This document shows positions 57,130 to 64,000 of a DNA stretch of 64,000 nt, in pieces. The stretch spans positions 2,105 through 66,104 of the forward strand of contig DATAQC010000047.1 in the NCBI GenBank assembly GCA_036264885.1, read 5' to 3'. The DNA comes from Acidimicrobiales bacterium. GTDB taxonomy: Bacteria; Actinomycetota; Acidimicrobiia; Acidimicrobiales; AC-14. How positions within the stretch are numbered: position 1 is the first letter of the stretch; each line of letters opens with the position of its first letter. Made by a program: the position numbers and the translations under genes. The notes beneath the pieces are model-generated. The model ran no database searches. It was not told the origin of the DNA and saw only the letters and a list, made by a program, of their open reading frames with translations.

Positions 57130-57819
57130 TCAGCTGTGGCTGTTGAGGGAATCGAGGGCCCGCAGGGCGTCGAGGACGAAGTGCAGCGTCGACACCGACG
57201 GCGCCGGCGGAGGCGGTGGTGTGGGGGCGACGGCGGGTGGAGCCGCCCGGGGGGGTTGCGGGACCGGTGGGACGGTGGTCGTGACCCGCCGGGCCACCGT
57301 GGGCGGAGGCCCCGGATCGGCGGCGGCGACGGATCGCCCACCGCCCCTCGGCTGCTCGAAGTCCTCCACCACATAGGTCCGGCCACCGCCGGAGGCGACG
57401 CCGATCCCGACCAGCGAGAAGTCGCCGGTGATGTTCTCGTAGTGGTGAGGACTGGCCAGCAGGGCCTGGTGCACCTCGGCGACGCTGGCGCCCACGCCCA
57501 CGTTCTCACCCAGTCGGGACCAGCCGTCGACCTGGGACCCCAGGTCGGGGTTGTGGGAGATGCCGCCCTGGGCGGCCATGGTCTGCGCCCACGAGCGGGC
57601 CACCGAAGAGAGTGACGAGTCCATGCTCAGCGCCGGGTCGCCGACCGACGCCCGAGCCTGATTGGTGAGAGCCAACAGGTTCGCCTCGTCGGAACCGGTG
57701 GCGGCGGCGGCGGGAGCAGCCGTGAGGGCCGTGCCCGGGAGCACGACCCCGAGGGTCAAGGTGCCGCCGGCGAGGGTGGCGACCGATGCCATGGCCGCGA
57801 TGAACCGACGTGCGCGCAT
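57130..57819 (-). CDS. Secreted CAP/SCP-domain protein with Pro-rich C-terminus
   Basis: A signal peptide is followed by the CAP core ...N..R......L.....L...A..WA..MA.....SHN and HH..N. motifs. Confidence 0.75.
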   Translation of the reverse strand: MRARRFIAAMASVATLAGGTLTLGVVLPGTALTAAPAAAATGSDEANLLALTNQARASVGDPALSMDSSLSSVARSWAQTMAAQGGISHNPDLGSQVDGWSRLGENVGVGASVAEVHQALLASPHHYENITGDFSLVGIGVASGGGRTYVVEDFEQPRGGGRSVAAADPGPPPTVARRVTTTVPPVPQPPRAAPPAVAPTPPPPPAPSVSTLHFVLDALRALDSLNSHS

Positions 57820-57985
57820 TGAGATCCCCTCCGGCGCCCGGCTGACGTCGCGGCCGTGGGTTCGACCCCGGCTGCGTCAGTCGTGCTGTGTCCAGGTACC
57901 GACTGTCCTGGACTGCTTCGGCAGGAGAGCGATCGAAGCTTGAGTCAAGCCCCCGCTAAATGGGCAGCAGTGCGGGGAGTGACGC

Positions 57986-58888
57986 TCAGCCGGTGGTGCT
58001 GGTGAACTCGGCGACCCGCTGGCTCGAGTGGCCCACCGGGGGCGGTGCGGATGCGCGGGCGGGGCGCAGGAAAACCACCATGGTGGGGACGAGGTAGGCC
58101 AGCCACACCGCCAGCTCGAGGCGGGACGGTGTGGGGCTGACGCTGAACAAGCCCTTCCACAGCGATCCCCACCAGCTCGACGGCGGCAGGATGCCGCTGG
58201 CGTCGAAGACCACGTGGCCCAGGCCCCCGAAGGTGAGGTACCCCGCCTCTTGGAGATCGTGCATGCCGTAGGCCAGCACGCCCGCAGCCACGACCACCAG
58301 ACCGGCGCCGGTGTAGCGGAAGAACCGGGCCAGGTTGATCTGAACCGAGCGACGGTACACGAGGTACCCGAGCACGAACGCGGTCGACAGGCCCAACGTG
58401 GCCCCGGCCACCGGCGTGAACGTGGACCCGGTCGACTGCACCGCCGTCCAGATGAAGAGGGCGGTCTCCAGGCCCTCCCGTGCGACGGCCACGAAGGCGG
58501 TGAAGGCGAGGGCGCCGGTGCCCATGGCCAGGGCCGAGTCGAGACGGTCGTGGAGCTCGCCCTTCAGGTGCCGGGCCGTCCGGCGCATCCAGAAGATCAT
58601 CCAGGTGACCAGGGCCACGGCCAGTACCGACATGACCCCACCGAAGGCCTCCTGGGCCTTGAACGTGAGCGAGTGCGAGGTGAAGGTGAGCAGGGCCCCC
58701 GCCGCCAGGCTGATGGCGGCTGCCGCCCCGGCGCCGATCCAGACCGAGCGCAGGGCGCCGCGGCGGTCGGTTCGCACGAGGTACGCCACGAGGATGCTGA
58801 CGACGAGCGCCGCTTCCAGCCCCTCTCGTAACCCGATCAAGAAGTTGGCGAGCACGGTCCGGTCCCTTCGTCGACCTGGCGTGAGCAC
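57986..58888 (-). CDS. FTR1/EfeU-family high-affinity iron permease
   Basis: Two REGLE motifs are present (GLREGLEAAL and AREGLETAL) with 7 TM helices. The start is either GTG at 58888 or GTG at 58855. Confidence 0.85.
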   Translation of the reverse strand: MLTPGRRRDRTVLANFLIGLREGLEAALVVSILVAYLVRTDRRGALRSVWIGAGAAAAISLAAGALLTFTSHSLTFKAQEAFGGVMSVLAVALVTWMIFWMRRTARHLKGELHDRLDSALAMGTGALAFTAFVAVAREGLETALFIWTAVQSTGSTFTPVAGATLGLSTAFVLGYLVYRRSVQINLARFFRYTGAGLVVVAAGVLAYGMHDLQEAGYLTFGGLGHVVFDASGILPPSSWWGSLWKGLFSVSPTPSRLELAVWLAYLVPTMVVFLRPARASAPPPVGHSSQRVAEFTSTTG

Positions 58889-58904
58889 AGACGCCCAGAG
58901 GGTA

Positions 58905-58923
58905 TTAGGTGAGCCTAACGAAG
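58905..58923 (-). promoter_or_regulatory. Candidate IdeR/DtxR iron box
   Basis: TTAGGTGAGCCTAACGAAG matches the 19-bp DtxR-type consensus TTAGGTTAGCCTAACCTAA at 15/19 positions. It lies 17-50 nt upstream of the iron permease start in an AT-rich gap. Confidence 0.55.
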
Positions 58924-58937
58924 TCTCTCAGGTAAAG

Positions 58938-59714
58938 CTAACTGTACTTCGCATCTACCCGTTCGACAACAGGTTCTTTGTCGGCAGGCCCGACCCGTCG
59001 GTCATCGGCGACGGGGCCCCGGCGGGGGCTGGACGTGGCCACCATGAAGCCGGCGAACACGAGGGCGATGCCCACCAGCAGGGTGACGGCGAACGCCTCC
59101 ATGGCGTCGAGCACCGAGTTGAACAGACCTCCGGCTCCCAGCACGAGCGTGCCCGTGGCGATGAGCACGTTGGCCCCGGCCAGGCGGCCTGCGGGGCCCC
59201 GGGCCGGCGCCGTCCGGCCGCTCCGCCAGAAACGCCACGCGCTCCACGCTGCGCCCCCGAGCACCACGGTGGCGCCCACGCCCGAGGCGACGGCGGCCAG
59301 GATGCGGGGGAGGGCGCCGAACACCTCTGATCCCTGGGGAAGGCGGTCGACCGGGACCCGACCGTGCATGGGCGCCTCCAGCACGACACCGGCGGCGAAC
59401 GCCGAGGCCAGGGCCACGATGGCCGTCCACCGGTCGGCTCTCCGCCGGTCGCCCAGCAGGTACACCGTTCCCAGGGCCAGGAACGGCACGTTGACCACCG
59501 CCCCGAACAGGTAGAAGACCCGGAAGGTGGCCTCGTCCCACCCGTTGGTGGCGCCGAACCACAACGCCGCCGCCCCCACGAAGAACATGACCAGCGACAC
59601 CGTCCACGCCAGCTCATGGGGACGACGGGCGGCCAGCCACCGCTCGTAGGTCGACATGGCGAGGGCCAGCGCCACCAAGGCGGCGGCGGCGGCCAGCGCC
59701 GACTGGGTGGACAC
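58938..59714 (-). CDS. Integral membrane protein, hypothetical
   Basis: 258 aa with about 7 hydrophobic helices. I recognise no motif. Confidence 0.6.
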   Translation of the reverse strand: MSTQSALAAAAALVALALAMSTYERWLAARRPHELAWTVSLVMFFVGAAALWFGATNGWDEATFRVFYLFGAVVNVPFLALGTVYLLGDRRRADRWTAIVALASAFAAGVVLEAPMHGRVPVDRLPQGSEVFGALPRILAAVASGVGATVVLGGAAWSAWRFWRSGRTAPARGPAGRLAGANVLIATGTLVLGAGGLFNSVLDAMEAFAVTLLVGIALVFAGFMVATSSPRRGPVADDRRVGPADKEPVVERVDAKYS

Positions 59715-59787
59715 GAACGGCGATTTTACCGATTGCGAGCGGGTAGGCCCCGACGCCTGTCGCCGGGCGGTGTTGGGGCAGCGACCC

Positions 59788-59805
59788 TTGTGAACGAGCG
59801 CACGA
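59788..59805 (+). promoter_or_regulatory. Possible Rex operator (ROP-like)
   Basis: TTGTGAACGAGCGCACGA compared with TTGTGAA-N4-TTCACAA gives a perfect left half and a 4/7 right half. It lies 24 nt upstream of the rex start. Confidence 0.3.
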
Positions 59806-59828
59806 GGGCGGCGTTACACTTGGGCACG

Positions 59829-60728
59829 ATGTCCGACCAGACCCCTGCCCAGGGGCGGTTCCCGGGCGATGCGTCCCCCGGCTCGTCAGGCAACGGCGCA
59901 GCGCCGCGGCCTCCCGGGTGGGAAGAGCCGCCGGCGGTCGACGGCGCCGACGGCGCCGACCTCGGCAATGCTGCCAGCGCCGACTTCGGCGACGCCGACG
60001 GTGGTCGGTCGCGCAGCCAGCGCCGCATTCCCGAAGCCACCGTTGCCCGCCTGCCCGTGTACCTGCGGTGCCTGGTCGAGCTGGCCGACCTCAAGACGGT
60101 GACGGCCTCGTCGGAGCGCCTGGCCGAGATGGGTGGCGTCAACGCCGCCAAGGTCCGCAAAGACCTTTCCTACCTCGGGTCCTACGGCACCCGGGGAGTC
60201 GGCTACGAGGTCGACAACCTCATCGTGCACATCTCGCGGATACTCGGTCTCACCCAGGACTGGCCGGTGGTGATCGTGGGCATCGGCAACCTGGGCCACG
60301 CCCTGGCCAAGTACCGGGGCTTTGCCGCCCGGGGGTTCCGGGTGGTGGCGCTGGTCGACGCCGACCGGTCCAAGGTCGGCGAGCGGCTCGAGGGCCTCGA
60401 GGTCCGCCATCTCGACGAGCTGCCTCAGATCGCCGCCGACGAGCAGGTCGCCATCGGCATCATCGCCACACCGGCTGCTGCCGCCCAGGACGTGGCCGAT
60501 CGGTTGGTGGCCGCCGGCGTGTCGTCGATCCTCAACTTCGCCCCGGCGATCGTCACCGTGCCCGCCGGGGTGTCGGTGCGCAAGGTCGACCTGTCCATCG
60601 AGTTGCAGATCCTGTCCTACCACCAGCAGCGGCGGGGAGCCGCAGCCGAATCCGCCCTCAGGACCGCCTCCGCCCTGGTCGCCGATGACGAGGCTGCGGC
60701 GGTGGAGGTCCAGGGAGCAGACCGCTGA
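59829..60728 (+). CDS. rex: Redox-sensing transcriptional repressor Rex, with ~55-aa low-complexity N-terminal extension
   Basis: Contains RLP.YLR.L, SS..LA...GV.AA.VRKDLSYLGSYG.RGVGY and the Rossmann motif VGIGNLG. I trimmed it from track ORF 59364..60728. Confidence 0.88.
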   Translation: MSDQTPAQGRFPGDASPGSSGNGAAPRPPGWEEPPAVDGADGADLGNAASADFGDADGGRSRSQRRIPEATVARLPVYLRCLVELADLKTVTASSERLAEMGGVNAAKVRKDLSYLGSYGTRGVGYEVDNLIVHISRILGLTQDWPVVIVGIGNLGHALAKYRGFAARGFRVVALVDADRSKVGERLEGLEVRHLDELPQIAADEQVAIGIIATPAAAAQDVADRLVAAGVSSILNFAPAIVTVPAGVSVRKVDLSIELQILSYHQQRRGAAAESALRTASALVADDEAAAVEVQGADR

Positions 60729-61357
60729 TGGTCGACCTCGACACCGCCTATCCCGTCAACCTGCTGGTGGCCGGTCGACCCTGCCTGGTCGTGGGTGGCG
60801 GCACGGTGGCGGCCCGCAAGGTGGAAGGCCTTCTGGCCTGTGACGCCTCCGTCCGGGTGGTCTCACCTGTCGTCGACGACGAGATCCGGGGGTGGCCCGA
60901 GGTCACCGTCGACCAGCGGCCCTACCGCCGGGGCGACGTCGACGGCCAGCGCCTCGTCATCTCCGCCACCGACTCGTCCGAGGTCAACCGGGCCGTGTAT
61001 CTCGATTGCGAGGCGGCCGGAGTGTGGGTGTGCGGCGCCGACGACCCCGACAACTGCTCGTTCACCCTGCCGTCGGTCGTGCGCCGGGGCACCCTGGTGG
61101 TCACCGTGGCCACCGGGGGCCGCAGCCCGGCCGTGGCCCGGTGGCTGCGCGAGCGGTTGGAGGCCCAGATCGGCCCCGAGTACGAGGTCCTGCTCGACCT
61201 GGTGGCCGATCAGCGGGCCGCGGTCAAGGCCGAGGGCCGCAGCCCGTCCCAGCTCGACTGGCAGAAAGCGCTGGACTCGGACATGCTCGATCTGATTCGC
61301 ACCGGTGACCTGGAGTCCGCGAGAAAGCGCCTGGAGACGTGTCTGTCGTTGTCGTAG
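60728..61357 (+). CDS. Precorrin-2 dehydrogenase / sirohydrochlorin ferrochelatase (siroheme synthase N-terminal type)
   Basis: Contains YPVNLLVAGRPCLVVGGG.VA.RKV..LL. Confidence 0.8.
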   Translation: MVDLDTAYPVNLLVAGRPCLVVGGGTVAARKVEGLLACDASVRVVSPVVDDEIRGWPEVTVDQRPYRRGDVDGQRLVISATDSSEVNRAVYLDCEAAGVWVCGADDPDNCSFTLPSVVRRGTLVVTVATGGRSPAVARWLRERLEAQIGPEYEVLLDLVADQRAAVKAEGRSPSQLDWQKALDSDMLDLIRTGDLESARKRLETCLSLS

Positions 61358-62589
61358 GTTTGAGCCACCGCTCCGTCCCCCTCGATCTGCTCGAGCGGAT
61401 GACCGTCGGTGAGCCCCGTCTCACCAAGGCGCTCGGCGATCTGTCGGCCCGGGAGTTCGTGAGCGAGGCCGTGGTCCTGTCGACCTGCCACCGGGTCGAG
61501 GTCTACGTGGTCGCCGAGCGCTTCCACGGCGCCGCCCAGGACGTGCGCAACTTCTTGTCGGAGCTGGCTCACGTGGCGCCCGAGGAGTTCAGCGACCACC
61601 TCTACACCTACACCGACGAGACGGCAGCCGCCCACCTGTTCAGTGTGGCCGCCGGCCTCGACTCGCTGGTGGTGGGTGAGAGCCAGATCCTCGGCCAGGT
61701 GCGCGACGCCTGGGACCGGGCCAGGCTCGAGGGCGCCGCCGGCCCCCGGCTGTCGACATTGTTCCGCCACGCCCTGGAGGTGGGTAAGCGGGCCCGCACC
61801 GAGACCGCCATCGGGCGGGGAATCACGTCCCTGGCCCACGCCGCGGTGGCCATGGCCGGCGACCAACTCGACCCCCTCGCCGATCGCCGGGTCATCGTGC
61901 TGGGCGCGGGCGAGATGGGCGAGGGGATGGTGTCGGCTCTCACCGGCGTAGGCGACCTGGTGGTGGTCAACCGCACCTGGGAGAAGGCGGCCGCCCTGGC
62001 CGAACGGGCGGGCGGGCGGGCGGTGCCCCTGGCCGAGTTGCCGTCGGCCCTGGCCGAGGCCGACCTCCTCCTGTCGTCGGCAGGGGCTCCGGGGGTCGTG
62101 CTGGAGGAGGCCGACCTCGCCCTGGACGACCGCCGTCCCGACCGACCCCTCCTCGTGATCGACCTGGGCATGCCCCGCAACGTCGACCCTGCCGTCGCCA
62201 GCCTCCCGGGCGTCACGCTGCTCGACCTGGCCGACCTGCGGGCCTTCGTCGACGCCGGGCTCGACAAGCGGCGCCAGGAGGTCGTGCGGGTCCGTGGCCT
62301 GGTGGCCGACGAGCTCAGCCGCTACACCTCCGATCTGGCTGCTCGCGAGGTGGTCCCCACCGTCACCGCACTTCGCCACCAGGCCGAGGCGGTGCGAGTC
62401 GCCGAGCTCGAGCGCCACCGAGCCCGTCTGGCCGGCCTCGATGTCCGTCAGGCCGAGGCCGTCGAGTCGCTCACCCGGGCCATGATGGCCAAGCTGTTGC
62501 ACGAGCCCACCGTGCGTCTCAAGGACGCAGCCGGAACGCCCAAGGGCGAGCGACTGTCCGGCGCTCTTCGCGACCTGTTCGACCTGTAG
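61339..62589 (+). CDS. hemA: Glutamyl-tRNA reductase
   Basis: Contains VVGLSHRS.P...LE, STCHRVE (active-site Cys) and GAGEMG motifs. Confidence 0.9.
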   Translation: MSVVVVGLSHRSVPLDLLERMTVGEPRLTKALGDLSAREFVSEAVVLSTCHRVEVYVVAERFHGAAQDVRNFLSELAHVAPEEFSDHLYTYTDETAAAHLFSVAAGLDSLVVGESQILGQVRDAWDRARLEGAAGPRLSTLFRHALEVGKRARTETAIGRGITSLAHAAVAMAGDQLDPLADRRVIVLGAGEMGEGMVSALTGVGDLVVVNRTWEKAAALAERAGGRAVPLAELPSALAEADLLLSSAGAPGVVLEEADLALDDRRPDRPLLVIDLGMPRNVDPAVASLPGVTLLDLADLRAFVDAGLDKRRQEVVRVRGLVADELSRYTSDLAAREVVPTVTALRHQAEAVRVAELERHRARLAGLDVRQAEAVESLTRAMMAKLLHEPTVRLKDAAGTPKGERLSGALRDLFDL

Positions 62590-62591
62590 GC

Positions 62592-63512
62592 ATGACACGG
62601 GCGCTGCGTGCGGCGACGCGGCGGAGCACGCTGGCCCGGACCCAGACCCACCACGTCGCCGCTCTCCTCGGTGTCGACATCGATTTCGTGCTGGTCGAGA
62701 CCACGGCCGACCGCCGTCCCGAGATCCCCTTGTGGGAGCTGGGGGGGCAGGGGGCTTTCGTCACCGAGGTCCAGGCGGCGGTGCTCGAGGACCGGGCCGA
62801 CATCGCCGTCCACTCGGCCAAGGACCTCCGTTCCACTCCCACCGAGGGATTGGTCATCGCCGCCGTGCCCGAGCGCGAGGACCCTCGCGACGCCCTCGTG
62901 GGCTCCACCCTCGACGCCCTCCCCGTCGGGGGACGGGTGGGAACGGGGTCGGTGCGCCGGCGAGCCCAGTTGTCGTGGTTGCGCCCCGACCTCACCTTCG
63001 GAGGTCTGCGGGGCAACATCGAGACGCGCCTCCAGGCGGCGGGCCGCTTCGACGCCATCGTGGTGGCCTACGCCGCTCTCCGGCGTCTGGGCCGCACCGC
63101 GGCGGTGTCCGAGGTGCTCGACCCGTCGGTCATGTTGCCCCAGGTGGCCCAGGGGGCCCTGGCTGTGGAGTGCCGGGTGGGCGACGAGCGCGTGCGGGCT
63201 CGGCTGGCGCCGATAGAACACCGGCCCACCCGGCTGGCTGTCGACGCCGAGCGCGCCTTTCTGGCCGAGCTCGGCGGTGGCTGCGACCGGCCGGTGGGTG
63301 CGTTCGCCACCGTCGACGACGAGGGAAGGGTCCACCTCGACGCCTTGGTGGCGTCGGGCGACGGTCGTATCCTGTTGCGCGACCACGCCGACGGCGACGA
63401 CCCGGGTGTCCTCGGCCGCGACCTCGGTCGGGCCCTGCTCCAGCGGGCTGGGGCCGCCCAAATCCTCGACGACGCCGCCCCCACCGTCGCCGCCTTCCCC
63501 CGGGACGAATGA
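62592..63512 (+). CDS. hemC: Hydroxymethylbilane synthase (porphobilinogen deaminase)
   Basis: Contains T.GD, HSAKDL, RGN..TRL and FL.ELGGGC..P.GA motifs. Confidence 0.9.
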   Translation: MTRALRAATRRSTLARTQTHHVAALLGVDIDFVLVETTADRRPEIPLWELGGQGAFVTEVQAAVLEDRADIAVHSAKDLRSTPTEGLVIAAVPEREDPRDALVGSTLDALPVGGRVGTGSVRRRAQLSWLRPDLTFGGLRGNIETRLQAAGRFDAIVVAYAALRRLGRTAAVSEVLDPSVMLPQVAQGALAVECRVGDERVRARLAPIEHRPTRLAVDAERAFLAELGGGCDRPVGAFATVDDEGRVHLDALVASGDGRILLRDHADGDDPGVLGRDLGRALLQRAGAAQILDDAAPTVAAFPRDE

Positions 63513-64000
63513 CCGTCTGGTTGGTCGGCGCCGGCCCCGGTGACCCGGGGTTGCTCACGGTGCGGGGCGCCGAGGTGCTGGCCCGGGCCGACGTCGTCGT
63601 GCACGACCGCCTGGCCGAGCGGTCGTTGCTCGACCTGGCGCCGTCGGGCGCCGAACGGATCGACGTGGGCAAGTCCCCCGGCGGCCCCGTCGAGCAGGAG
63701 GACATCAACGCCCTCCTCGTGGACCGGGCCCGCGCCGGGCGGGCCGTGGTGCGCCTCAAGGGGGGCGACCCCTTCGTGTTCGGCCGCGGAGGTGAGGAGG
63801 TGGAGGCGCTGCTGGCTGCCGGTGTGGACTTCGAGGTGGTGCCGGGGGTGACGTCGGCGGTCGCCGTTCCCGCCTACGCCGGCATCCCCGTCACCCACCG
63901 GGGCCTGTCCACGTCGTTCACCGTGGTCACCGGTCACAGCCGTCACCGCCCAGACGATCCCGTGCACTGGGAGAGCCTGGCCCGCGCCGGCGGCACCGTG
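63509..64000 (+). CDS. cobA: Uroporphyrinogen-III C-methyltransferase domain (partial, runs off the window; may be a CobA-HemD fusion)
   Basis: The ATG overlaps the hemC stop (ATGA). Contains [30 protein letters not shown] and PGVTSA motifs. The ORF is open at the window end. Confidence 0.85.
   Translation, partial: MTVWLVGAGPGDPGLLTVRGAEVLARADVVVHDRLAERSLLDLAPSGAERIDVGKSPGGPVEQEDINALLVDRARAGRAVVRLKGGDPFVFGRGGEEVEALLAAGVDFEVVPGVTSAVAVPAYAGIPVTHRGLSTSFTVVTGHSRHRPDDPVHWESLARAGGTV

Overview
Very GC-rich (roughly 70% by eye) chromosomal segment from an actinobacterium. Lineage markers are mycothiol genes (mshA, a mycothiol-type class III alcohol dehydrogenase), an F420-type LLM oxidoreductase, Ni-superoxide dismutase sodN with its protease sodX, a rex-hem cluster and treYZ. 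CtaC carries a fused cytochrome c domain (caa3-type), which suggests a deep-branching class such as Acidimicrobiia; this is inference only. I can support about 65 protein genes, one tRNA-Lys(UUU), several repeat or palindrome elements and two candidate operator sites. I saw no rRNA, CRISPR array, transposase, integrase or prophage. Most of the window is housekeeping: ABC/GntR operon, sigma and anti-sigma, LigC, trehalose synthesis, SerS, SdhCD, ProC and heme biosynthesis. Many long ORFs in the six-frame track are antisense shadow ORFs typical of high-GC DNA, and several track ORFs carry spurious N-terminal extensions that I trimmed. The most interesting locus is a three-gene module at 20756-24123, translationally coupled and inserted between ctaB and a canonical ctaCDEF-ctaG oxidase operon. 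It encodes a heme-copper-oxidase subunit I paralogue, a divergent subunit III paralogue and a polytopic membrane cupredoxin. The subunit I paralogue keeps both low-spin heme histidines but has lost the heme a3 ligand, two of three CuB histidines, the cross-linked Tyr and the D-channel Glu. The cupredoxin has an amicyanin-like type-1 Cu site in place of a CuA subunit II. Other notable items are a MoaD/ThiS-like domain whose Gly-Gly terminus runs on into a Pro-rich repeat linker and a degenerate CdsA-like membrane domain. There is also a roughly 960-aa protein with a C-terminal SARP/BTAD module and a 47-bp palindromic element present twice in convergent-gene gaps. A 90-bp AT-rich inverted-repeat element, hairpin and tandem-repeat arrays in several intergenic gaps, an IdeR/DtxR-like iron box upstream of an FTR1 permease, and an M23-peptidase remnant complete the list. 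All family calls rest on motifs I recognise by eye and none has been checked against a database.
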